From: Nemertoderma westbladi
Taxonomy: Eukaryota; Animalia; Xenacoelomorpha
Direction of reading: 5' to 3'
NCBI GenBank assembly: GCA_032718475.1
Contig: JAUCBJ010001639.1
Coordinates: forward strand, 28,672-92,671
Length of the DNA: 64,000 bases
Part shown: piece after piece, positions 12,524 to 24,805 of the stretch
How positions within the stretch are numbered: position 1 is the stretch's first letter
Layout: each line of letters opens with the position of its first letter
Position numbers and translations under genes: made by a program
Notes under the pieces: generated by a model
What the model was told of the DNA's origin: nothing
What the model saw: only the letters and a program-made list of their open reading frames with translations
Database searches by the model: none

Positions 12524-13796
12524 CTAGAAAGGCATTTCCTAAAGGAAATGCAACCACGAAGCTAAGGAAAATTAAACAAACGGCCACAATTTGGTTCGTT
12601 GCTTAGCCTAGTTTAGTAGCATTTGCCAATAAATAACTTCTATTCCCATGGAAACTAGAGTTCTCTGGAACTGTTGGTTTTACCTTTGAAAAAAGATTCA
12701 GTCCAGATTGTTTTTCAGATAACACATCGAGTTTCAGAAAATATTGTAGTTTATGTCCAAATTACAGATTTTCTATCAAAATGCATCTGTTTGCAGTGGT
12801 TGTCATGGAAACTGAAAAATAGAACAATGTAATTCGGATGCAGAATAAGTCATATAGTGGGGGTAGGTGTTGGTCCCAAGTCATAATACTATTAAATTGT
12901 GCTTCAAATTATCATTTTATTAATTTTAACATCTGTTTACTCTTGTTGCTATGGTAAATAGATTTTCTAATTAACTTCGAACGGCTTGTATATGGATATG
13001 GACCTTATAGATGAGTTGCAAAACCCCAAGTTTATATATATTACAGTTTTTCTCCAAATAGAGTTATGATTATAGACTTGAATGATATATAACTTTAAAA
13101 AAACTACAGTTACCATGGTAACTAGATATTTCTGGAATGTTTTGAGTTTCACTAAAAGTTCCAACTAGTGGTCCAGATAACACATACCTAGTTTCGTAAA
13201 ATTTTATCGTGAAGTCTATGTACAAATGAATAATTTTCGTATAAAAACATCTGTTTTCAGCGGTTGTCAAGGTAACTGCAAAATAGAACAATCAAATTCG
13301 GACGCAGAATAAGTTATATAGTGGGGGTAGGGATTGGTCCCAAGTCATCAAACCTTAACCTTAGGCTTCAAATTAACATTTTAAAAATTTTAACATCTGT
13401 TTAGCCCGGTTGCCAAGGTAACTGGATTTTCTATTTAACCTCAATCGGCTCTGCTATGGACCTTATAGTTGTGTTGAGAAACCCCTAGTTTATATGTATT
13501 ATAGTTTTCCTACAAATAGAGTTACAAATATTGACTTGAAATACATAGACTTTTTTCTAAGTCCGTTGCCATGGAAACCAGATTTTTCCTGGAGATGAGA
13601 CCCATCCCACACGACGCGCCTTGATGAGTTGTATATACATGCAAAATTTCAGGGTACTTTTAAAGGCTAGTTTTTTCCCCGACCAAAAAACCCCAAATCT
13701 GCCCCATACAAGTAAAATAGCCCACTATAAATACACCATCTCAGCTAAGGAAAATCTTTCTTAGCGAAAGTAGTTGATTTTCCTTAGCTTCGTGGA
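12524..13796 (-). mobile_element. Non-autonomous Helitron family A, copy 1
   Basis: Minus strand starts TCCACG and ends GCATTTCCTTTAGGAAATGC hairpin + CTAG; no TSD; host BEL frame restored on removal (G|T site). Confidence 0.85.
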
Positions 13797-13939
13797 CAAT
13801 GCGATTTAAATGTTCTATTGTCCTAGTTGATTTCATAATGTGTACTAAGTGAATTTCAACACCATTACTTAGGTCAGGAGGGTTTGAATCTTTAGGGGAA
13901 ATATCTTCCTTGTTAAACCCCGAATTAAGAAAATTAATA

Positions 13940-14884
13940 CGAGAAAGGCATTTCCTAAAGGAAATGCAACCACGAAGCTAAGGAAAATTAAACAAACGGC
14001 CACACTTTGGTTCGTTGCTTGCTTAGCCTCGTTTAGTAGCAATTGTCAATAATTAACTTCTATTCCCATGGAAACTAGAGTTCGCTGGAACTGTTGCTTT
14101 AACCTTTGAAAAAAAATTCAGTACAGATTGTGGTTCAGATAACACATGTACTGAGTTTTAGAAAATATTGTAGTTTATGTCCAAATTACCGATTTTCTAT
14201 CAAAATGCATCTGTTTGTAGTGGTTGTCATGGAAACTGAAAAATAGAACAATGTAATTCGGATGCAGAATAAGTCATATAGTGGGGGTAGGTGTTGGTCC
14301 CAAGTCATAATACTATTAACTTGTGCTTCAAATTATCATTTTATAAATTTTAATATCTGTTTAGTCTTGTTGCTATGGTGACTGGAATTTCTAATTAACC
14401 TCGAACGGCTTGGATATGAACCTTATAGTTGAGTTGAGAAATTCAGGCTTAGGCTTCAAATTAACATTTTATAAATTTTAACATCTGTTTATCCCGGTTG
14501 CCAAGGTAACTGGATTTTCTACTTAGCCTCAATCGGATCTGCTATGGACCTTATAGTTGTGTTGCGAAACCCCAAGTTTATATCTATTATAGTTTTCCTA
14601 CAAATAGAGTTATAAATATTGACTTGAAATACATAGACTTTTTTTGAAGTCCGTTGCCATGGAAACCAGATTTTTCCTGGATATGAGACCCGGCCCAAAA
14701 GATGCGCCTCGTCGAGTAGTATATACATGCAAAATTTCAGGGTACTTTTAAAGGCTAGTTTTTTCGCCTATCAAAAAACCCCAAATCTGCCTCACACAAG
14801 TAAAATAGCCCACTATGAATAGACCATCTCAGCTAAGGAAAATCTTTCTTAGCGAAAGTAGTTGATTTTCCTTAGCTTCGTGGA
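13940..14884 (-). mobile_element. Non-autonomous Helitron family A, copy 2 (internally deleted)
   Basis: Same termini (3' CTCG variant), A|T target, no TSD. Confidence 0.85.
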
Positions 14885-14992
14885 TTTTCTGATGCGATTT
14901 TCCATTTAGATTTGATTATTGGAGATTTTAATACTAACTTAGATTTTCCCTGTTTAGGAACAATAACCTCTGCCTCTTTCCCTAGGTGCTTA

Positions 14993-16246
14993 CTAGAAAG
15001 GCATTTCCTAAAGGAAATGCAACCACGAAGCTAAGGAAAATTAAACACTCTTTGACTCATCAGTTCATTGATTTACCGAGTTAAAAGAACTCCCGGTATT
15101 GCCATGGTAACTGGACTTCTCTAGAACTGCTGAGTTTTACATTAAGATCTAGTTTGTGGTTCCAGTTGACACATCGACTTCAAGTAAGCTTCATTGAGTA
15201 GTTTATGTGCAAAATTAATTATTAATTTGTTAAAAAGTCTGTTTGCGGTGGTTGTCATGGTAACTGGCAAATAGAACAACGTAGATTGGATGCAGAATAA
15301 GTGATATTATGGTGGTAGGGGTTGGTCCCAAGTCATAATGCCTTTAACTTGTGTTTCTAATTATAATTTTTTAAATTATAACATCTGTTTAGCCTGGTTA
15401 CCAAGGTAACTGGATTTTCTAATTATCCACCAGCGTCTCCTCTGAGGACCTTCCTTATAGTTGAGTTGGGAAACCCAATATTTATATCTAATACAGTTTT
15501 TCTACAAACAAGAGTTAAAAATATAGACTTGAATGATATTGACTTTAATAAGCTCCAGTTACCATGGTAACTAGATATTTCTGGAATGTTTTGAGTTTCA
15601 CTAAAAGTTCCAACTAGTGGTCCAGATAACACATACCCAGTTTTGTAAAATTTGATCGTGAAGTCTATGTCCAAATGAATAATTTTTGTATAAAAACATC
15701 TGTTTTCAGCGGTTGTCATGGTAACTGCAAAATAGAATAATCAAATTCGGACGCAGAATAAGTTATATAGTGGCGGGTAGGGATTGGTCCCAAGTCATCA
15801 CACCTTAACCTTAGGCTTCAAATTAACATTTAAAAAATTTTAACATCTGTTTAGCCCGGTTGCCAAGGTAACTGGATTTTCTATTTAACCTCAATCGGCT
15901 CTGCTATGGACCTTATAGTTGTGTTGAGAAACCCCAAGTTTATATGTATTATAGTTTTCCTACAAATAGAGTTATAAATATTGACTTGATATACATAGAC
16001 TTTTTTCTAAGTCCGTTACCATGGAAACCAGATTTTTCCTGGATATGACACCCGGCCCAAAAGATGCGCCTCGACGAGTAGTATATACATGCAAAATTTC
16101 AGGGTACCTTTAAAGGCTAGTTTTTTCACCTATCAAAAAACCCCAAATCTGCCTCATACAAGTAAAATAGCCCACTATGAATAGACCATCTCAGCTAAGG
16201 AAAATCTTTCTTAGCGAAAGTAGTTGATTTTCCTTAGCTTCGTGGA
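14993..16246 (-). mobile_element. Non-autonomous Helitron family A, copy 3
   Basis: TC...hairpin-CTAG termini, A|T target; one internal module diverged from copies 1 and 2. Confidence 0.85.
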
Positions 16247-16789
16247 TCCTGGAGGGGTTCTGGCTAATTTTCCTCTGAGGAAGTGAGAAATTCTGGACCA
16301 GTGAACCATGAATACATTATTAATTCAGCTGCTGTTGCACCCCGAGAAGCAATGTCAGCAGGATTCTGCACTGGCTTCCATTGATCTACTGTAGAAGAGT
16401 GTAAAATCTCTGTAATACGATTACGCACGAAATCCTTAAAGGTGCATCTGTTGTTGTGAAGTTATTGCAGCACCAATGAGGCATCTGTCCAGAAGATGGT
16501 AGAGTTAATGGGGATCTCGATTTGAGTTTTGATTAGATTAGCGAGTTGGACAGCATAAACAGCTGCCTGAAGTTCTGCTCGTGGAATGGTAACTATTTTT
16601 GGAGGAAGAGTTTTGGACTTACTTGATATTAATGCAGTCTTGATCTCTCATGAACCACTTTCAGATTTAGCACGAAGGTATGCCACTACTCCAATGCCAT
16701 GGTTACTGGCATCTGCGAAAACATGGAGGGCGAATATACGTCCAGAATTCTCCTTGAAATACTGACGGGGAATTTCATAAGTAAGTTTC

Positions 16790-17471
16790 ATAAAAACTTC
16801 AATGACTATCAACTTCTTCTTGTAGAATTGCTTCTGAAACTCAGCCAACCTAGAAACCCAACATATCGAATATCTCAACAGCATTCCTTGGAAAAAATTC
16901 CACCCACTTCTACTCGACCACGGCCAAGTCGACCTTGCAAGTGGTGCCGAAGTCAAGTTCCAAGTGGCACTCGCACTAGGGTTTCGGAATCACGTTATCA
17001 GTGTGGCAGTTGTCCTGACAAAAAACCTACATTACATATGGGTGCTTGTTTCGAGAATTACCCTAAGTACCTTTAGGATTGTTTTATAATAAAATGGACT
17101 ATTCTGTAAAATGGTCTATACATCGTATTATTTATACGTTTGATAAACCATCTGTTAAATATACAAATATGACATATCATTGATTTTTATACAATTAAAA
17201 TAAAAATTAAATTTCGAAAATGAAAAAAAATATAAAATGAAAATTTAAAAAAAAATTTTTTTATAAAATAAATATAAACTCATTAATTAGTAAATGAGTT
17301 AATGATTTAGTTAAAATTGTTAATTTATAAATAATTTATTACATTATTATAGTTCATTTTAATAATACAGTGTAATAATTTGATTTCTAACACGTTCTAA
17401 ATTATAGCTCATTTTTATAAAATCTGCCGGATTTGAGATCAATGCAAGTTTATTAAGCCGTGTGCAAAGGG
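16790..17471 (+). mobile_element. piggyBac 3' fragment (transposase C-terminal Cys-rich domain + right end)
   Basis: HSLEKIP...CKWC...SRYQCGSCPDKKPTLHMGACFENY; terminus ...GCAAAGGG followed by TTAA at 17472-17475; 5' truncated. Confidence 0.8.
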
Positions 17472-17599
17472 TTAATAACAACAGTTAAATTAAAAGCTTT
17501 CTCGCATCAGGGCTACTTCGGGTAATTACTGTAATAAAAATGCATACAAACAGATCTCGCTAATCAATTTTCAGATTTGAAATCCTCTTTTCCTTTGTA

Positions 17600-18580
17600 A
17601 CACTGGGCCCTATACATACTGTATGTGTGAATTACGGCCTTTTTATATTGAATATCTTGAGAACTATTGTAGATACGGTCTTCTCGATTATACCATTAGA
17701 TAGAGCGCATTTTTTAGACCCAGACAAAGTGGATTTTTGAAAAATGCGACTTACGGTCTTATCACATTGCACGGCAGATATGTCCTACTAGATCCACCCC
17801 CCACTACTGACGAGGTATGTCCAACTAACCACCCTTCCCCCAGTGTTGAGGTACAGTACTACCGAATACCCCCCCCCCCCCCCCCCCCCCCCCCCACGGA
17901 TAATATTATGTTATCATGAAACATTTTGCTATTACGTCTATAGGATATCCCATTTTTACCCTAGAAATCAAAAAATAAATTTGGATAACCCCACATTAGG
18001 ATGGGTAAAATTTATAGCTAGGGACTATAGCCCCCCCCCCCCCCCCCCACAATTACAATGGTAACTTTGTTCTCTAAGAAAAGAGCTTTCGAATGAGCCT
18101 AAAACGAACTTCGTACGACCACTAGAACTGGAGATTATACATTTTGAAGATCTCCGATGACCGATAAGTCTATTCCGTGTAATCCCGCAAAGACCGCAGA
18201 GTCGCTTATTCGAGTCCCGTCTTCATTCCGGAGACTTGAAGTTGTCTTATAAACTGACAAGTAGGTCCAATAATCATAAAAAAATACATTCTCAATTAAA
18301 ATTTTATGCTCTTTCGCGTGGAGACATCCAATTGGCACCACTGAGCACAGAAAATGGCAGAAATTGAATGCAAACCCCAAACTTCATCACCTTTACCGAT
18401 ATCGTGATATATCGGAGCCAGTATCTTCTATCCCAGATATCTCGAAAACTAAGCAAGATATGGGAAAACGGTTTCCATATTTGGATTCAGCATGAAATTC
18501 TGCATCAGATAGGATATGTTTCAAAAATTCGTCTTTTTGGTCAGAAAATGCGCTACCCCCCCCCCCCCCCCCCACCCTTA
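17600..18580. mobile_element. Probable non-autonomous DNA transposon remnant
   Basis: Non-coding with MITE-like motifs and poly-C runs; termini not resolved. Confidence 0.3.
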
Positions 18581-18890
18581 CGTAGATACCTCATAATCCT
18601 ATGTAACCTACCTAATCCAATTATACCATTAAGTATGTAGACACATGACCACTCCTGGGATTTCCCTATCAACTTCTCCCAATCTTATAACCCAACCTGC
18701 AACCCTATATTTGTACTTTAGATTGACAGCTTACAACTAACTCGGTGTATTTTCCCTATCACAATTACCTTACGTTAGTTATACAGTACATACATATACG
18801 TTAACCTTTCTGGGATTCACCTATCAGGTATTCCCCTTTAAAACTTATATATATATATATAGACCCCCACCTTTTCCTGTTAGTTGCCAG

Positions 18891-18937
18891 TACATAGTCT
18901 GATGCAGACCGGTAGGTCGAAAACGTTTACTATTGTA
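18891..18937 (+). ncRNA. Degenerate type I minimal hammerhead ribozyme (Penelope-type)
   Basis: atagt-CTGATG(C)A-gacc.ggta.ggtc-GAAA-acgt-TT-actat; palindromic helix III; core carries a non-consensus C. Confidence 0.55.
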
Positions 18938-18950
18938 TCTTTATCTAATA

Positions 18951-20620
18951 CTAGAAAGCCCGTGGCCTTCGGCCACGGCTTTCTAGTTCACAAGCTTCTA
19001 TACAATCAATCAATCAATGGACAATATCAAACATAAATAAATAAATTAATTAACTTAACAAAACTTTACATACGACTAACAGACTGATCCCGTTTTAGTT
19101 GCAGCTACATACAATAATAAACATAAGGCTTTATGTTGTAGTAGATACCTTCCAAGTAACACCTCCAATGGATTACAAATAATAAAATGTGAAAAGGTTT
19201 AAACTGTGTGTAATATTTTCCCCTTAGTGGAAAACTGTATAACTGCAGAGTAGTGGTTAGCGTCCTCGCAAACATAATCTATAGTGCAGTAGGTCACTGC
19301 AGCAACTCTATCGTATTAAAATGGAAGGTTTTAATTTCATACATTTCGCCCCCTAGTGGCAGACTGCATAATTATGCACTGGTTAGCGTCCTCCCCAAAC
19401 ATGACGACTATGGTGTAGTAGTCCTCTGCCAAGTGCCAAGTATCAGCAAAAAAGCATTCATAAACAACAAAATTGTAGGTTTCCTCATTCAGACATTTCA
19501 TCCCCTAATAGCGGCAGACTGGGGAACTGTAGATTAGTCATCGTCTCCCCAAGCCCAAATACACACCCTACGGTGTAGTATACTCTGCTTGGTATCAGCA
19601 AAAAACATTATAAACATATTGTGTAAAGGACCTAAGTCTCAGCTAAAAATCATTATTAATAACAAAATAGGATAAGATTTTCACTTTCAGACATTTTGCC
19701 TCCCAGTGGCAGACTGAAGAACCGCAAACTGGTCGGCGTCCTCCCAACACGCAGCTATGGTCAGGTAGAATTTATTCTGCAAAGTGTCAGCAGAGTGGTT
19801 ACGATGATGCAATAACTGCTGTTATAATTTCCTGCTTGCTGATCAGTAATTTCTCCGATAACAAAACAACTGCAGAATAATGCAATTTTACCTCAAAGAC
19901 GCATTCATGCAAGTATCAAGTAAATGTGTAAAAAATCAGCCTCGAGATTGCCTTTACAATTCATGTTCACGGGCTGAGGATGGTCTGCATTATATAGGTG
20001 CACGCACATGGTAGAGTCAAGATCCAACTTGTAGGATGACGGACTGACGACCTGCTAGGCCTACCTCGCTAGCACCCATCCGGTACATTGCAAAAATGAA
20101 TAATTGAATCATTTTGTGTTTATGATTATAAACAATATGTGAACTGAAAAAAGCTAATCTAAGATTTACTGCTTGTTCTTACCAATGTAAGTCAAGAACC
20201 AATCACAGTAGATCCACTCCACTCTCCTGCTGGGTCCTATTTATTGAGATTACTACTTAACCAACCCAGCCTGCTGCAGGCCACCTATGATTGGTCTGCA
20301 AGTAGCTAGCTGCCTTGCTAACTAACTCTCAGCTTTGCCAGGCCTGTACTGCCAAAAGGAATATTTGAATCACTTTGAGATTTTATCACACAACATGTTG
20401 CAGCGAATACAAAATACGCATTCACGCAAGCATACGCGTAAAATAAGCCTCGAGATAGCGATAGTTTACGTGCTCGGGACGAGAGCTTTCGATCGATGTA
20501 TCATTCGCTCAGATTGGTGCTCGTGTGTCGGAGCGTATAGCTTGGACAGACTCACAGACTCATAGACTCACAGACTCATAGACTCACAGACTCACAGACA
20601 GACAGAGACAGATAGATAGA
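18951..20620 (-). mobile_element. Non-autonomous Helitron family B
   Basis: Minus strand A|TCTATCTATCTG start with GTCT/GAGTCTGT microsatellite (20545-20620); 3' GCCGTGGCCGAAGGCCACGG hairpin + CTAG|T; internal degenerate ~130-200 bp repeats at 19200-19800. Confidence 0.7.
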
Positions 20621-21016
20621 TAATATAACCAGCTAAAGACCCTCAATACTTTATTTTTTCTATCATCTTTACACTATGCTGCCGCTGGTGAATGCCTACC
20701 ACTTCATCCGTTCGATTAGAATAGACACCAGGCTCCGTTCCCTCGCCAGTATTAGTTTGTGTACTTAGTATCTGTTTATTTAGACACCCTGGACTGGGAT
20801 TTGTTGTCAGATACTGTACGAGACCGTATACACTGCTGGATTCTACAGTAAGGTACATCGTTACTAGGATCTGGTAGGCGGTATACTACTGGACTTATCA
20901 GTAATATTGAAGATAAACTGTAATATGGAATGCTATATTTTACTGAAACACACAGGTTCCGTATTTAAACATAACACCCACAAAGCACATTACACTCTCC
21001 GAGCAGATTCCGCAAC

Positions 21017-23520
21017 ATAATAATATAATAATAATAATAATAAATTATTTTTATTCAAAAACTCCGCAACAAGTTTTATAAGAAAAAAACCGCACAGAGG
21101 CAGCCTAACAGATAGATATCGTTATGGCTGATAATTATTGAATAAAGCGTCATTACCTAACTTTAATATATCTATATTTATTAATAATAATGTACTAAAT
21201 GTATCTATCTATATGATCTACTCTACACTACTTAGTACTGGGTAAGCACAATTAACATAATACTATCAATCATCAAGTTAACCAGCAGTCTCTGGTATTT
21301 TTGTAGTTTGTTTGCTATTTCGTTTAAGTTATTTCCTCACGGGCGTACATTTTGCTGAAATGGCTCCTAATTTTAGTTATAAATTCTTTGTATGACTTGA
21401 ACTCACGGATATTTTTATCTAAGGAATTCCACAGTCGGGTGCTGCTTACCATTACGCTGTTGTACCCAAAAAGTGTATTTGTTTTTGGAATTTTAATACA
21501 AGAAGTTCTCGTATTTATATTATCGTTCTTTATTCCATAGTTTTGTAGGAAAGGTAAGCTAAGATTTTTAAACGGTGTCGATAGATCGTAAAAGTATTTA
21601 TAATAGTATTTTAATGCATAGTAATTCCTAAGTGCTTGTAAATGTGGTAATTTTGCATGTGAACGTAGTTCTGTCCCTGTAGCGTCTCTAATTTTTTTGC
21701 AGTAAACGGTGCGTAATCCGTAATTTTGTATTTTATCTAGCTCGTATAGTATGTTCTTGTACCCATGTGTTTCGTGAAGTGGAGCGATAATTTCACAGCA
21801 GTAGTTATGTAATGGCAGAACAGTTGCTTTAAATACAGTAAGTTTTGTGCTTGTTGGCAATTGGCCCTTTATTAGTCTTAGACAGGATACTGCGTGGGTC
21901 ATTTTTTCTGTGATTGATTTAATTTGTGGTTTCCAATTTAGTTTGTTATCAATCAATACTCCTAAGTATTTGAATTGCGAACTTTGTTGTATTATTGTTT
22001 TTCCTAATTGTAGGTTAATTTCATTGATTTCAGTGGTTCTAGAATTAGGTGTTATTAAGATGAACTCGTTTTTTCCGGATTTACTTGCATTTTTAGAGTT
22101 AGAAATTGTCGTTCTATTTTTGTTATACGTTCCGCTAGTATTTTAGTGGCTGTTATCGGATCTGGCCCTGTAGCAAAGATAAGGGTATCGTCAGCGTATT
22201 GAATGATGTTAAGATTCTCAGATTCCGATATTTCATTGACGTATATGAGGAACATAAGTGGGCCTAGAAGCGTTCCTTGTGGAATTCCCCGTTCCGTCTG
22301 TTCCCAGCTAGAGTAGTCCCCATTTATTTTGACCCTTTGTTTACGATTGGTAAGGTAGTTGCGCATGAAAGTAACAGCAGTTGAGTGGAGTCCGATTTCT
22401 TTCAGTTTAAGGAGAAGTATACTGTGGTTCGGAGAGTCAAAAGCCTTACTTAAGTCAAGAGCTGCTACAGCAACATGGTTTCCTACGTCAAGTTTTGATC
22501 TCCAGTTCTCTGTTGCGTAAATTATAGCGTCCTTTGTAGAATATGATTTCCTAAATCCGAACTGTTTGGTTGGGAGTAGTTTATTTTTAGTTATATAATT
22601 TATTAATTGGATATAAATGACACGTTCATATATTTTTGCGAAATATGAAGAAGTTACTGATATTGGCCTATAATTATCTGCTTGTTCCTTGTCGCCTTTT
22701 TTGTATACTGGAGTTACATCTGCTAACTTAAGCCTACTGGGGAATTCTGATTTAGTTATTGATTGGTTAATTAAATAAGTCAAGACAAATACTATATAAG
22801 GTGCTATTAATTTTATTATTTTGGGTGGAACTTTTGAGGGACCCTGTGATTTATTTTCATTTAGTTTTGAAATTATATCACAAACTGCAATTGCATCAAT
22901 GTGTCTAAAACTGAAATTATTATTCTTAACTTTTCGATTCATACATGATTTATACTTAATGTCCTCAAGTCCAAGAAAGTTTCCCAAATTTAGGTATGTT
23001 TTATTGAACAATGTTGCAATTGCTGTTGGTTTACTTATTACTTTTTTAATTTGTTTGTCTCGTAAGAAGTGAATTTTACAGGTTGTGCTCTGTTTGTTCA
23101 GAATATTGTTTACTATTTTCCATTTCTTACGAGATGATTTTTCATTTGCGTATTTTGTTTTAATATATTTGTTTTTTGCAGCTCGATTCGCGGTGTTAAA
23201 TTTATTTCTATCAATTTTGAATATTAAAAAGTCCGAATCTAGTTTTGATCTGCGCCAGTTAACCAATGATTGCGATCTTTTATTTTGTAGTGTTTGCAGA
23301 TAATCGTCCCACCATGGTCGATTAGAGTTTATTTTATTATGGTTACTGGTATTTTTTATTAGTTTTCTTTTAGTCGGGGCATGCTTGTCTAGAATTTTTA
23401 CAAATTCATCTTCAAAATTATTAAACGCTGTATCGATATCCGCAAGTTGATAGACACCCGTCCAATCAATGTTTTGTATATCTGCCAGAAATTTTTTTTC
23501 CGAGAAACCATTAATTTTAA
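21017..23520 (-). mobile_element. 5'-truncated LINE (CR1/L2-group-like) with frameshifted RT
   Basis: ORFs 22055..23266 (NYRPIS, QFGFR, LDLSKAFD, GIPQGTLLGP, YADD) and 21324..21956 (thumb/C-terminus); AATAAA and (TTA)n tail at ~21017-21057. Confidence 0.9.
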
Positions 23521-23871
23521 TTACATGTTACAATCCGTATCGCTACCACTACGAAAAATAACTGACATAACATCATACAAGAATTAACAGACCCTTATAA
23601 GTTTAGTGGCGGTTTGTAACAAACTTAACCTCTTGGCATAATGATATTAACACTTTCGGTACCTAACTGGAAATTATTCAAATCCCCAAATGCCCAATTC
23701 TATTAATTATAAATTATATTTATTATACCATGGAAATGGTAAAATTGCCAGATCTAAAAAGTTCGCACAATAATTTAAATAAAATTATAAAAAGTTTGAC
23801 GTCCGAATATAATCCATCAGATTACGCCTTAGCAGCCCAACTACTTGTTGAGGCTCGCTCAACGTGTTGGC

Positions 23872-24000
23872 GGGGTGTTCGGACACTTCCCCCCCGGACT
23901 CTTCCCCCCCGGACAGTTCCCTCCCGCTCAAGTAGGACACTCCCCCCCGGACACTTCCCCCCAGACACTTCCCCCCCGCGGACACTTCCCCCCGACTGTT
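23872..24000. repeat. ~16-18-bp tandem repeat ggacacttccccccc (subterminal-repeat style of MULE-like DNA transposon end)
   Basis: About 6-7 imperfect units seen directly; family assignment is inference. Confidence 0.55.
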
Positions 24001-24712
24001 CTTAACTTCGGGTAAGGTAAACGGACCGCTTGTATCCAGATAAGTTGTATCCAATTTTCCTTTCGTAGCTCAGAAAGTGATCTTTTGCATCCCGATTTTA
24101 CATTTTATATCCAAGTTTTATTTATGGGTTTTATCAATGCAATTACATCGTATTGTTTGCTAATCTTTAAACAATTAATTATATTAGATGACCTATAAAT
24201 TCCATCCCCGGAATGATATACTGTGTTTATTAACTATAGAATTATAATAATTAATTGTTTTAATTATAGGTATTATTATGTAATAGTCTTCTTCAAATTG
24301 TAGCAGATGGGGATGAATATTATTGTTGCAATCAAAATTATACCTCTCTAGGGTAAAATCGACATGCGTCGACCTGTATTGTGTTCAGCATTACAGATGG
24401 ATATACATACATATTACTACTATACATACTATATAGATATTATACACACTATATATTAAATTTCCTGGTTACTTGCAATATTTTTAATAGGATTTTGTTG
24501 AATGATATAATATTGGTAGTAATTTATATATTAAATTGGTTAAAATTCAATACAGCTCCTACTTTAGGCTTAGTCAATTTATTATCTGATGATACAAACA
24601 TGAATTAATTATTTCAAAGTGGTCTTAAGTCTTTCACGACGGGCACTCAGGGAAGTGCCGGGGTTTGGGGGCGGTAGCCCCCAACAAAAGAAGCGGGGGT
24701 TTGGGGGCGGCG

Positions 24713-24805
24713 GGTAACAGACGTTTCGGTCTAAGACGTTTTGGCCTAGGACGTTTCGGCCCAATTAATGAAATACAAGATTTGCTTGTCGGACGTTTTG
24801 GCCCA
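24713..24805. repeat. 15-bp repeats gacgtttcggccta (transposon subterminal type)
   Basis: Four units seen directly. Confidence 0.5.

Larger units (their letters stand above)
10893..16790 (-). pseudogene. Degraded BEL/Pao pol (RNase H to integrase) interrupted by three Helitrons
   Basis: LHVFADAS..VAYLR, IPRAELQAA, FWTDAS, NPADIASRG; integrase GCDLMGPF, FTCFSCRAVHLD, SDCGGNF, APWRGGAFERLIKSIK, DGLVRSV..RPIQRLCLL; frameshifts and stops present. Confidence 0.9.

Noticed and set aside
16648-16956. Apparent BEL-piggyBac fusion ORFs
   Set aside because: Opposite-strand fragments joined at a deletion junction (~16790); not a functional chimera.
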